NCBI RefSeq assembly: GCF_009914755.1
Contig: NC_060946.1
DNA: 64,000 nucleotides
Source: the human T2T-CHM13v2.0 reference genome, Homo sapiens
Strand: one strand, 5' to 3'
Notes under the pieces: generated by a model
Database searches by the model: none
What the model was told of the DNA's origin: nothing
The model's input: only the letters and a program-made list of their open reading frames with translations
In this document: positions 28,869 through 43,359 of the stretch, one piece after another
Position numbering within the stretch: the first letter of the stretch is position 1
Layout: every line of letters starts with the position of its first letter
Program-made: the position numbers and the translations under genes

Positions 28869-31800
28869 GCTTCGCTTCCCTTGGATAGAAACCATTTCTC
28901 CACAGACTGTCCTCACCAAGCAAGTCCTGCTTGTTGCCTAAGTTGGCTGCCATGCCCCTGCTGGTTTCTGTGTCCATAACTCGCCTTCCTCACCCATGCC
29001 CGTACCTCCACCATCAGGGAGACCGACCGCACCCTGAGCCCCTGCCTCGCCTTGTTGCTGCTCACAGGACCTCAAGCAACGAATTCTTCTCTGTGTAAAA
29101 TATGACTCTTCACACACATTCGTTTTTAAATTATCATTCAAAATTATACCAAGCTTTGTAAAGAAAACAAACGGTGTGCATGTGGAGAGACCTGTAGGTC
29201 CCTAGAGCCACACAGCAGTGCCCATCCGCCGTGACCCCTGCCCAGTGCTCCCAGGAGCCTGCAGATGAAGCCGCTCTCGGCCACTCTCTCCCATGGACTA
29301 AGCCACTCTCAGCCACTCTCTCCCGTGGACTGGGTCATCCCAACAACACTGTGTCATCTTGACCTCACCCCAGTCCAGCCGTCATTCTCTGTCAAAGAAA
29401 GAAATTAGTCGGGTTTCACGAGGCTTAGGTCTGGGAATTTACTACTCTGCTTTAGAAAAAAGCTTCTTTTACAAGCACAATAAAAATGCAAATTAAAGTA
29501 TAAATGAATCAGAAAAAAAGATCTCCATCTTTCCAAAGCATAACCCCAGTTACATTTCCCATGAACGCCTCCAAAGACCTCCTCTGAACATGTTATTAGA
29601 GCCATGAAGTTCCAGACAATTGATGGGTTTTCCTTCCGCATTAAGCTAAATAACAGCATCTTATGGGTCAACAAAAAGACGTCTGTGCCTTTTGGCTACA
29701 ATTAAGATCGAGGTTGGATTTGCACTTCTCTTTAATTACTAATAGATTAATCCAAGTCTAAAAGACCATCCATAATTAGCATTTTGTTGATTGATTTGTT
29801 GCAAAGAAATGACCCTGATTATGTTCTTAGTAATCAGTTTATAGCTAATTGGCTTTCTTTCATTAAAATATAAAGAGCCATCCATAAAAAGTGGTCAAGG
29901 TGTGTGGGGATCGTAAATGGCACAGAAATGCTGTCACTCGTCAGAGGTGGCTCTCTTTGATTTTTATGGAAATCTAATTATTCAGTGAATTAAGGGATCT
30001 GACCTCCACAGGAAGGCAGTGGGTGACTTCCAGACATTGGTCACCCAAGGGGAAGGCCAAGGTTGTGTAAGATGCTGAGCAAAGATGGCACCGTTTGCAG
30101 CCACAGCGAGGAGGACTGATTTATTGTTAACAAAAATGGCAGAGTCAGTAGACAGTAATTAAAGATTTGCCGCACAGCTCAATAATCCAAAATATTCAGA
30201 GATTGCAATTAATTTCTTGGCAGTGACAATGCCTAATTAGATGTAATCCTTCTTACTCTAGATAAAAACAAAACAAAAAAATTCCCGGAGAAGCAAAGAC
30301 CAGAACGGGAGAATTCATATTCTAAGCAAAGGCCAGATACACCTCTTGCTTCCCACATCTGTTTGGCTGTAAGAGTCTCCACTAAAAAATAACCTCTGTT
30401 ATTATCACCTATGTGCTTTTCGATTGCGACCTGAGCGGGACCGAGTCAGGAAGTCTGATCGCATCTAAAGGAGGATGCTTGCTGGGGAGGAGTCCGTGCT
30501 GCCCTCCCTCTCTTCCCCTCAGAGGAGAAGCCACCAGGACCCCGTCCCAGTCACGACGCCAGAGCCCAGAGCTGCACGAGGATCCCAAATCCACCTGCTC
30601 GGGCACAGCTGCCAGCAGCGTGGCCCATTCCTCACGTCCAGGTGACTGTGGGCACCTTCACCGTGTCTCCCCGTTTTTTCTCACTGTTTTCATTTCCTGC
30701 CATTTTTAGTAAAGATTACCTACTGCTGCACCTCGGTGTTTCTGCTTTCCAGCGCCTGGGGTGAGAGTAGCGACACGGTCTTCTCGTACGCGTGAGGAGC
30801 CAGTGGAGGAACTCAGATGGCCAACCCCACACCTGCAGCAGGTGCGGAGGTGGAAGGCAGGAAAGAAAAGGACTCCCGCAGCCCTCCATTCCTCCCCAGA
30901 GAAATTGGCAGTTAGGAATGAATGAATGAATGAGTAGGAAAAGCAACCCAGCCCAGCTTCCTTCCTCCCACCTTTCACTATGGAAAAGCCCTCAGAGCTG
31001 CGATCCTCTGTGGCCATGGTGGCCGTGGGCTGGCCTAGTGGAGCTGGGGTGTCCCAGACAAGCAGCGTCTGCCAGGCAGACAGAGGCAGCAGACGCCCGC
31101 AGGCTCCTGGTCAGAGGCCACATAGGGCAGAAAGCATGTCCACACGGGTCCAGGACACTGGGCTCCCATGTGGGTCCTAGCGCCACTGAGGACCTCCGTC
31201 CGCACAGAGCGGGAGGCTTTCAGGGAAGCGCCTCAGCGCCCGGCTCAAATCACCCTGGACAGCAGCCTCAGAAAGGAGTTGGCCCCATTTTTCTTCTTAG
31301 TCTTTGCATTGTCTGGAATTTGGAGCCGGTGACATACGCTGAAGTCTCTCTAGCCTCCCAGAGCGCAGAGGCCGAATCCAGCAGCATTGCTGCGTTTGTG
31401 CTGTTTTTATTATGCAGTGACCTCGCGTTTATATCCAGGGATTCTTGGTTTCAGTGCTTGATGGGGAATAACAACATTTCCCATTAAGACAAATGACTTC
31501 GACTCATGAAGTGCGTGGATTTCAATGACACAAGGGGGTCCTGTCATGGGGTGTCCCTCCATGGGAGGGGAGAGGAAGGAGGAGCTGGCCTGAGGCAGAG
31601 GGTCACCAGAAGCCCCCTCTGAGACATTGACAGCCCAGTGGAGGGAGGAGGGGGTTGGCGGTATAGGAGGATGGCGGCTCCCTCTTGAGCCTCCCTGAGG
31701 CCGGCCCTAAATGGGCCTCCCTCGCCCTTCATCTTCTGTGATTCCATTTTCATTTCTATGATAAGAACATTCTTGCAGGTTTTAAAAGGTAAATACCACT

Positions 31801-31988
31801 TAATACAATTCTTTCTTGCTGAAACCACTGTCACGTGGGGATGTCTGTGATTCACAGCTGGGCCTCACGCAGGGCCGTGCAGGAATCTAATTGGAACTGC
31901 CGAAAATTTACATGTGCATTTAGGAGAAGTGACAGTTTTAAATTTGTGTATCCTTACCCCAAAACACGTGAGATGTTTCATTTTGTAG

Positions 31989-32434
<446 letters not shown>

Positions 32435-32995
32435 TATGTTTCCTTTGTATCCAGCCACGTTGCTGAATTTTCCCCTCTGAGCTCCCTCAGTTCCAGGGCA
32501 CCTCCGCCTGCCCATAAGCTTCCGCAACCACCACCGCTGGAGACTAGATGGGGACCAGGAGGGATCCTCAGAGCATCTCCTGGGAGGCGGGCACCTCTCC
32601 TCCCCTTGCACGCCATTGGCCAAAGCAAGTCACATGGCCTGGCTTGTCTTTCCTGAAACACAGGACGCATGGAAGAACCAGAGATACGAGTGAGCACCAG
32701 CTATGTCCAGAATGTGGCCATTTAAATAATTTACCTTAAATGTGATTGACTTATGATCAAAGAGTGGGGTGGATCCTATCAGCATTATGGGGTTTGTTCA
32801 GGTCCATGTGTGTGTTTGTATGTGTGTGCCCACATGTGTGAAGGATTTTTGCAAATTTTTCTGTCTATATAAAAATGCACATTCTCTGCTTGAGGCATGT
32901 AAGTCTCCCTATCTAACCTCAACACATTTGTGGGTTTTTCACACAATTCTCATAAGCATTTGGTTACTTGTCTCTACAACTTTAAAATTCTAAGA

Positions 32996-33265
32996 GGCCA
33001 GGCACGGTGGCTCACACCTATAAATCCAACACTTTGGGAGGCCGAGGCGGGCAGATCACCTGAGGTCAGGAGTTCGAGACCAGCACGGTCAACATAATGA
33101 AACCCCATCTCTACTAAAAATACAAAAATTAGCCGGGCATGGTGGCACATGCCTGTAATCCCAGCTACTCGAACCTGGGAGGCGGAGGTTGCGGTAACCT
33201 GAGATTGCACCACTGTACTCCAGCCCGGGTGACAGAGCAAGACTCCACCTCAAAAAATAAAAAAT
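32996..33265 (+). mobile_element. AluSx-like with ~26-bp deletion in the right monomer
   Basis: CCAGCTACTC joined directly to GAACCTGGGA; TSD TAAAATTCTAAGA on both sides. Confidence 0.92.
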
Positions 33266-33539
33266 AAAATTCTAAGATAGATGCATTGAAATGGCACGTT
33301 GGATTTTTCTCCGGACCTTCTTCTCGTGCGTACAACAGTTCTCACTTCATGCACTTCCCTGCCAGCCTTTTGACCACAGTCACCAGGTTTATGTTTTATT
33401 GATATACAAGCAGCCATTCTATTCAATGGAATTATTTTAACCTTAGATTCTACATTGTCTAACGATAATTTTCACTTCTTACTTGTTGGGTGTGTATTTC
33501 TCTGGCTGTATCCTTGCAGATCCTTTTATTATTTCTCCG

Positions 33540-34250
33540 AGTCAATTACTAATGATGTATGTCTGACATATTCACAAAACGGTGCCTGCAAGGTACAGCT
33601 CAGTGAACTTTCACCCAGCAGGACGCACGTGTCACCAGATTAATAAAGAGAACATTACCGAGTCCTGAAGTCCTTCCTGTCCTCTGCACACGCCCAGAGA
33701 TAACTGCAATCTTAGCTTTTATCAACGCATTCGTTTTTGCACATTACATAAATAGAATCGTAAAGTACTTTGTATTTTCTAGTTAGTTCCTTTTGCACAT
33801 TTTCTTTGCGAGGTTCATCTGCATTGTTGAGAGTAGTTGCAGAGGGTTCATTTGGGTTGCCAGATAACATTTCATCCTGAATACTTACCCGTTTCCAAGT
33901 TATCGATCTTTTTTACCATAGACGGGTATTGCGGCCGTTTCCCTTTTCCGTCGTGAGGAAGAGCAGAGCCGTGACATCCCTGTGAGCATCTTTCAGGGAG
34001 TGTGCAGGCCTTTCTGTGGGCTGTGCTCCCCATGATTGGGCGGAATCGTAGAGCACGTATGTCAACGTCGCTGGGTAACTTCCACAGGTTTTCCACCGTG
34101 CTAGTACCGTCTCCTTCTCCCACCAGCACCGCGTCTGCGCTCCTTCCTCCCACGTCCTGTCCGGCGCTGGACGTTGTCTCTGTAAGGCTTGTCTCTCCTT
34201 CCGTGCTGTCTCCGACCCGTGGCACCTGCCAGGGACAAAGCCTCTGCTGA
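33540..34250 (-). mobile_element. Ancient L1M 3' region, GC-shifted
   Basis: Collinear with antisense L1 3' consensus (..CTCCCACCAGCA..). Confidence 0.65.
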
Positions 34251-34869
34251 ATCGGTCCTCCCTATGCCATTTATAACCAACGGTTGAAGTGGAGGAAAAC
34301 AGAATAATGAAAAGTACTTGTTCATCCAAAAGACTGCAAGACGAGGAGAGGAAAAGTAAGATAAATGATGTAGGGAAGCAGAAAATAAAGAATCCATTGA
34401 CAATTAGAACACAAATATTTTAGAAATGAAATTAAATGTTCAGTTAAAGATTGTTAGTTGAAAATAAATACATAAAACATGCATAAAATTTATACAATTT
34501 TGTTATAGGAACACAGAAAAATTAAAATACTATATGAAAATAGAAAAAATGCATATCATATAAACACTAACCAAGAGAACGCCGGTATAGCCCAATTAAT
34601 GTCAGACAAAATAGGTTTTAAGGCAAGAAACATTAATGAGAAAAGAAACATGTTGTATTAATAACAAAACGTTATTAATAAAAACAAAAATATTAGTCTA
34701 CCAGAAATATATAACAGAACTCCAAATGCTGACATCTAACCAAAGATTATCAAAATTCATAAATAAAAAATGATGAAACTAAAAGGAGAACCAATGAATC
34801 AATAATTATAGTGAGAATACTTAACAAGCTGCTCTCAGTAATTGAAATAAAAATAATTCATGATATAGT

Positions 34870-35043
34870 CCAGGGATCAGCAAACCAAGACCCATGGGTC
34901 AAACTGCCTTCCCTCTATTTTTGTAAATAAATCTGTATTGAAACCCAGCAATATCCATTCACTTGTGTGTTTTCTATGGCCGATTTTGCATAGCAGCCAC
35001 CATATTTATTATTTGGCTCTTTACAGAAAGTTTGCCGACCTTG
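34870..35043 (+). mobile_element. MER58A (hAT-Charlie)
   Basis: CAGGGATCAGCAAAC..TTTTTGTAAATAAA..TTTACAGAAAGTTTGCCGACC. Confidence 0.8.
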
Positions 35044-35097
35044 ATAAAGACCTAAACACACAAACAACGAACTGCCCCTATTGATCCCTGTTGGTGA

Positions 35098-35449
<352 letters not shown>

Positions 35450-35778
35450 AAGTCGTGTTCTTGTCAAAGCATAGTAAATATTTACTCAATATTTACCAAA
35501 ATTGACTACATGTTGTACCATTAAAAAGTCTCTTCCAATTCAAAAGATTTAAATCATTCTAAGTATGTTTTCTGACCACAGCAGAATTCATCCAGAAAGC
35601 CATATGTTAAAGATAACTATAAAACTTTAAAGTGTTTGGAAATTAAACACTACACTACTAAGTCACACATAGTTCAAGGAAGAAATCATCAAGAAATTAG
35701 AAAATATTTTAAATTAATGATAAAATTCTCCATGAAAAACTTGTGGGTGCAGCCGGAACCCCGATTAGAGGGAATTCG

Positions 35779-36032
35779 ATCCTGAAGTACTACGTTACCA
35801 AAGATTGAAGGCTACAAGGCAGTTATCCAGCTTTGTATCTCAAATAGTAGAAAATATTAGTTCAATCCTGAAGTACTACGTCACCAAAGATTGAAGGCTA
35901 CAAGGCAGTTATCCAGCTTTGTATCTCAAATAGTAGAAAATATTAGTTCAATCCTGAAGTACTATGTTACCAAAGATTGAAGGCTACAAGGCAGTTATCC
36001 AGCTTTGTATCTCAAATAGTAGAAAATATTAG
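35779..36032. repeat. 86-bp tandem triplication
   Basis: Near-identical units start at 35779, 35865 and 35951. Confidence 0.95.
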
Positions 36033-36279
36033 CAAATTATACCTAAAAGAATGGAGTGGGAAGGGAGTAAGAAAGATGTGAGTAGTTCTCAATACTTTAG
36101 AAAACGATCACACAGCAGGGAAAACCAACCTAGCCAAACACTAGCTCCCCGAGAAGCCTCCTTCAAAGTATCACCCCCTACCAAGACCGACAGGAATACA
36201 AAGACAACAGGTACCAGTTACCAAACCCAGAAATGAAGAGTGGGCAACCACACAGCCTAAAGACATAAAATCAGTTTTT

Positions 36280-36616
<337 letters not shown>

Positions 36617-36718
36617 AAAATCAGTTTTTAAAAAAGGAAATTATGAGCAGGTTTATGCCAGTCAATTTAACAACTGGATGAAATAGGTGGATAAAAAGTG
36701 CAGCCCTGCAAAGCCCAC

Positions 36719-36760
<42 letters not shown>

Positions 36761-38205
36761 AAGCTTTAATCTCTGGAAAATAAATTTAATCTGAAATAAA
36801 AAACCTCTCCACAAAAAATCTTCAGGCCTAGAGAGCTCTGTTAGCAAATTCATCCAAATTTGCTTAAATATGGATAACAACATTCCACAGTGTCTTTCAG
36901 AAATTGGAAAAGGGGCAAAATATCCCAGAGTCACAGGGGGCTGGGCATCCCAGACACCAAAGCCTGGCAACTGACTTACGGGCAGGAATGCCACACCCCC
37001 ATCTTCCTCCGGAGCACGTCGGTTTAAATCCTAAACCAAATACAAGTAAATTGAATTCAGCAATTTGCAAACCATAGGATTCATCATGATCGAACGTATT
37101 TAATCCCACCAATGCAGTGGTAATTTAACATTAAAGGAATTAATTAATGCACTTAACTCCTTGACAGCAAAGGAGAAAATGTATATGATCGTTTGAATAG
37201 AAGATGCGAAAACTGCTTGGTAAAATTCAACATCTATTCATGTTAAAAGACCTTAGACAGCTAGGCGTTGAAGGTAACTTATTACAAAGCCCTAGTAATC
37301 CAGGCAGTGTGATATTTCTGGAAGCAGAGCAGGTGGACTCAGTGACCAGGGTGAAGAGTTTTGCAGAATCACCTCACATGCACGTGGTCTCTGAACTCAG
37401 GACGAGGGTGACATTGCGAGGCACAGGCAGATGAGATCTTCTTACTAAATTCTGTTTGATCCATTTGAGGAAAAGAAAGTGAATCCTTGCTGCTACGTTA
37501 TATTGCCCTGAATAATTAATTCTGAGTGAACCACAGACCTGAATGTGAAAGACAAAACAAAAAAAGCTCACAGAGGAACGTGTGGGAGAACGCTCCTCCT
37601 GACCTTGCGTTGGACAGAGAACTTTGACTTGGCCCCAGAAAGCACCTGCCACATGTAGAATGTAGACATTGGTAGACACTCAGCTTAAGAACTTCTGTCC
37701 TCGAAAACACAGCTCTAAGAGTGGACAGGTAAGCCCCAAGGAGAAGAAGACATCACAGGACTTCTCTCAACCTCGGACTTGCAGCCAACACACAGAAGAG
37801 ACATACAAACCAGTGAGACAAAGAAAGACGGGTCGACTGAAAACTGTGAAATCTGAAATAGGCACTTCACAGAAAGGGTGTCTGATGTGCACCGAGCACA
37901 GAAGAGATCTTCAGCCCCACTAGTCTTCACGGTCATGGGAGTGAAAACCGTGTCGCACTCCCCAGAGAGGCCAGCGTGTGAGAGCAGACGGTGCCCGGTG
38001 CTGCGGAGGAGCGGGAAGAGGAACTGCGGTCCTCACACCTGCTCGTGTGAATGTTGGTGGCTTCAGCCTCCTTGGAAAACTGTATTTCAGTATCTACCAC
38101 AGGTAAAAACACCCCGACTGTATGGCCCAGTGTATGAGTCAATTTTCATAGGAGTCCATTTTCATTTCTTCTGCTATGAAGAAATACTTAAGACTGGATA
38201 ATTTA

Positions 38206-38482
<277 letters not shown>

Positions 38483-38592
38483 AAAGAAAGAAAAGAAAGA
38501 AAGACGGAAAGAAGAAAGAAAGAATGAAAGACAGAAAGAAAGAGAAAGAAGGAAGGAAGGAAGGAAAGAAGAAAGAAGAAAGAAAGAAAGAG

Positions 38593-38650
<58 letters not shown>

Positions 38651-38668
38651 GAAGGTAGGTAGGTTGGT
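38483..38668. repeat. (GAAA)n/(GGAA)n compound microsatellite derived from the Alu tail
   Basis: Purine tract of ~185 bp. Confidence 0.95.
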
Positions 38669-39856
38669 TTAATGGACTCACAGTCCCACATGGCTGGGGA
38701 GACCTCACAATCATGGCAGAAAGTGAAGGAGAAGCAAAGGCATGTCTTATGGCAGCAGGCAAGAGGGCGTGTGCAAGGGAACTCCCTTTATAAAACCATC
38801 AGATCTCAGGAGACTTATTCACTATCACGAGAACAGCAGGGGAAAACCCGCCCCCATGATTCAATTACCTCCAGTGGGTCTCTTCCAAGACCCATGGGGA
38901 AGATGGGAGCTACAATTCAAGATAAGGTTTGACTGAGGACACAGCCAAACCATATCACCCAGCAAGTCCACTACTGAGTTTATACCCAATAGATGCAACA
39001 TGCCTAACAGCTAAACCTAAAAATGTTCCCACTGAAATGGGCAGCAGTGGTAGGAAAGGTGGATCGAGTATAGCGTCTTCACAGCTGTGTATCATCCTGA
39101 GCTACAAACAGCTGCCGTGCACAGCAGCAGGCATTCACCCTCCACACCCAGTATCAAAACACAGCAGACAATCCAAAGGTGCAAACTGCAAAATTCCGTT
39201 TACTTCTTTTTCAAAAGCAGGCAAAGCTGAGGACTGGTGATGGCAGCCCAGATACTCAATGGGGCTGACTCTAGAGGTTCCCCAAGGGGCTGGGAATGCC
39301 AGGTCTCTCTCTCCAGCTGGTGGCTGGCTCTCAGGCCCTTCCGTCCGGCTAGTGGCTGGCTCTCGGGCCTCTGCGTCCAGCTGGCAGCTGGTTCTCGGGC
39401 TGCCCTCAGCAGGCCCTCCCTCTCCAGCTCCGCAGGGGGAAGACCACGTCTCTTCCCTGGCTCCACTGACTCCCCTTTTTTAACAAAAATTGGCACTACT
39501 AAAAGCAAACAAAAATTTGCTTTCTATCCACTGATAGGAACAAGGTCATGTTTGCTTTCCCCCGACAGGAGGCCCCTGCGGGAAGTAACAGACACACGCT
39601 CACTCTCCGTTTCTCATCCTCTATCGAAAGGCGTCGGCAAATCTGGAAGGGGCGGTCTGCAGCTGAGCTCTGCTGATTCCTTAATCAGCACCCCTTTGTA
39701 GGACCCCCTGGGTTACATCCATCTTCTCCCATCATAAGCGACGTGTGTGTCAACAATGCTTGCCTGTTTGAAGATTACGACTCAAGTAGAAAAGCTGGTG
39801 TCTAATGTTATCTATCCGGGTGCTCCCAGGAGGATGATGAAAGCCAACCCTGTGGG

Positions 39857-40178
39857 CCCTGAGTCAGGGGGAGCCCCTTCCACCCTCCGCCCAGGGCTGG
39901 TTCGAGTCAGGAGGAGCCCTTTCCCCTCTCCGCCCAGAGCCCTGAGTCAGGGGGAGCCCCTTCCACCCCCAACCCAGGGCCCTGAGTCAGGGGGAGCCCC
40001 TTCCACCCCCAACCCAGAGCCCTGAGTCAGGGGGAGCCCCTTCCACCCCCAACCCAGGGCCCTGAGTCAGGGGGAGCCCCTTCCACCCCCAACCCAGGGC
40101 CCTGAGTCAGGGGGAGCCCCTTCCACCCCCAACCCAGGGCCCTGAGTCACGGGGAGCCCCTTCCACCCCCAGCCAGGG
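39857..40178. repeat. 40-bp VNTR, ~8 copies
   Basis: CCTGAGTCAGGGGGAGCCCCTTCCACCCCCAACCCAGGGC at 39941, 39981, 40021, 40061, 40101, 40141 plus 2 diverged 5' copies. Confidence 0.95.
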
Positions 40179-41986
40179 CTGGTTTGAGCATAGACCCCAG
40201 GGTGCTGTTCCGCCAACGCGTCCTCCACTATCGGTGGGTGGAAGGCCTGAGTGTTTCCTGGTCTGCTGAGGGCTCGTTTGTGAATATCCCTTTCCGAATT
40301 GCCAGACGGTTCCCTGTGCCCATTTTTAAGTATTTTTCATCACTTCCTTATGGATTTGTAGAAGCACTTTCTACATAGGGAACGTTCACTCTTTGTCACA
40401 TAAATCCGAAGTATTACCCCAGTTGGCAGCTTTTTAATTATATTTTGGCATAGAGAAGTCATAAATATTTATTTGTGCAAGCATCGAAAATGTTCATATA
40501 TGGCTTTCGCCATCGTTGTGGGCTTCTGGAATGACTTCCCCACACAGTTATTGTGTAAGACTCAGCATCATCACACAAGAAAATGGCCATTTACTTTCTT
40601 CATGAGAATTCCAGAAATATCGTTTTCGTGTGTTAAATGCAGAATATCCTGTCACAGCTGTCTGACCAGCCTACTAGCTTTACGTGGCCCAGCCTCAGAT
40701 CTCAGCTGTGCTTTTATGTGTGTCTGGGAGACACTGCATCTGAACAGGGTTAGTGGGGGGTCCTGAGTTTTGGAGTCTGCTGTGTCTGCTCCTCAAGGCC
40801 ATCAGTGAACTTGAACTTGATCTCTCCTCTCTTTTCAGAGAGATCGGCATGATCCGGCCCACCCTACAAGTGCAGGCAGTCGGAACAATGCTCCCACAAA
40901 GCCCCCAGCCCAGCGAGGAGGCAGCACCCCATTCCTGTGGGGCCACGGGGAGAAAGCCCCCTGCTGTGATGGGCCGTGCTAGAGAGGCTGGAGGGCGCGG
41001 ACCAGGCAGGGGTTGCGGACAGGGCAGGGGGCGCGGGGCACCTTCCATCCTCCCTGGCTCAGCAGGGCTGTGTGTGGCCGGCCACCTTGGGCTCTTTCCC
41101 TGTCCATGATACCATGTAGTCAGGAACAGGGTGAGCTGTGAATGAGTTCCCTTGACTGAGGTGCTGGTGGGATGGAGAGGAGAGCGAGGGTGAAGTCTGA
41201 GAGCCCTGGGGTGGGGCACTCGGGGCTTCAGGTCCCCCTGGGCCCTGAGGACACTCAACTTCAGCTTTCCTGCCACTTCCCAGCGCACCGGCTGCCATGG
41301 CCTCCCCGATGAAATCAATTATCCCATTGCTACAGTCAGTTAAAAGTGAAATTAAATGAATTCTGAACATTAATAACAGGCTGTAATAAGACAAACTACC
41401 TCTTAATGATGCATAGAACCCTGATGAAAATAAATTTCCTTGTGGGGTGTGTGTGAGTGTGTGCGAGTCAGGTGGGGAACTCAAGGGGGAGTCTTATCCG
41501 CGGAATTAAAATGAATATTGATTACACAGCTGATAATTAATGATAGCAATTTTTGATTAAAAATGAGTTCATTTAGCAAACAAGTGGAGTGTGGTAACAT
41601 TACATCTAAAAATTGAATCTAGAAGAAAGGGCCCTTGTTACACAGGCAGGAGTACAGTGAGCTCTTTGATCCTGAGGCCGACGCCTCTGGATTCGAAATG
41701 AGCTTCTCACTCAGCAGCCCCCGGAACACACAGGCCTCCCAGGAGACGACCGCCTCCGTCTCCCCAGCGGGAAGGCAACACGGTGCCGCGGAGGCCCAGC
41801 CTCCAGCCTTCCACAAGATCCAGGGGCTCAGGGAGAAGCGATTGGGCCTTCAGGTGCTTCTCTCCAAAATCCCATGGCTTAGACAGATTCAGCAAAAATG
41901 GGATAAAACGGGGCAGTAACCCTGGAAGTGCTGCTGCGCTGGGAAGGACTCCTCCACCCCGGGCAGGTTTGTTCTGTCTCCCTGTC

Positions 41987-42430
41987 ACATACACACACAC
42001 ACGTATACACACATATACATACACACAGACACACGCATACAGACACACACGTACACACACAGACACACACAAACATACACATACACACAGAAACACATAC
42101 ACACACAGACACACACACAGACACATGCATACACCCAGACACACAGACACACGCATACACATACACAGACACAGACACACACATACACACATATACATAC
42201 ACATACACACACGTACACACAGACACACATGTACACACACACAGACAGACACACATATACACACAAACACACACTCATACACAAATATACACACATATAC
42301 ACTACACACATACACATGCATACACACATACACGCATACACACACACATACACACATACACACATACGCACACACACACATACACATATACACATACACA
42401 CATGCATACACGCATACACACATACACAAG
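41987..42430. repeat. Compound (CA/TA/CAGA)n simple repeat
   Basis: ~440 bp largely alternating purine-pyrimidine tract. Confidence 0.95.
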
Positions 42431-42847
42431 GAAATGTTTATGTGGCTGAATTCAGAAAAAGCACCTGCGAAGCCCTTCTGACTCAGAGCAGCCGAAACGC
42501 CGGGTAAGATGTGGAAGCCTGTGGCTGCGCTGGTAATAAGGACAGAAACGCCGCCAGGCATGGGGGCTGCCCTCAGGAGAGCGGGACGGGCAGGAGGGCA
42601 CCACAGGTGGCTCAGTCCTGGGCCTGAAGCTAGTTGCTGTGGGCAGCGTGCGGGGGCAGGAGCAGGGGCAGGACCCTAAAAGCGGGAGAATTCGGAATCC
42701 AGACATCCATAAAGCCAGGACACCCCAAACGGCCACAATTTGGAGCATGAGCTGGAAAAGGGATCCTGGTCTCTCTTCCCATGACTTCACGGGAGAGGGT
42801 CCCCCTGCCTGGCTCTGGCAAAGCAGAGGAAACAGAAGAGAGCCCAT

Positions 42848-43035
42848 CCGTCCACCTCTCGCCCAGCGCCTCCACCCTCACCGACGTGTGCCCACCCGTC
42901 CACCTCTCGCCCAGCGCCTCCACCCTCACCGACGTGTGCCCACCCGTCCACCTCTCGCCCAGCGCCTCCACCCTCACCGACGTGTGCCCACCCGTCCACC
43001 TCTCGCCCAGCGCCTCCACCCTCACCGACGTGTGC
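42848..43035. repeat. 48-bp VNTR, 4 essentially identical CpG-rich copies
   Basis: CCGTCCACCTCTCGCCCAGCGCCTCCACCCTCACCGACGTGTGCCCAC at 42848, 42896, 42944, 42992. Confidence 0.96.
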
Positions 43036-43359
43036 AGCCCCCGCCTCCCCCCACAGGAAAGGCCAGCGATTTCACGGGGCCGACACGCCGTCCACGCGCA
43101 GTTCTCAGTGACAGACGCAGCGCTCGGCCAGGGCTGTGCTTCCCACACCTGCAGGCAGCACGGGGTTGCATTAAACAGACATCACAGCCTCGCCAAGGAA
43201 AAGCCACCTCACCCATGAGTCAAGGGAAGCAGAGAAATGCAGGATCAGGGCGGAGGTCTGGCAGGACTGGGAGGCTGCAGCTCAGAATTCACACAGCAGA
43301 GCTGAGTCCAGGGGAGGCGGGGCGGGGGGTGGGGGAACGTGGGGGAGGAACAAGGACTC

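Noticed and set aside
40820-40900. Good splice acceptor CTCTCCTCTCTTTTCAG
   Set aside because: No convincing downstream donor or coding frame; such motifs occur by chance
41707-42561. 284-aa Cys/Val and 232-aa His/Thr ORFs
   Set aside because: Products of the (CA)n/(TG)n tract
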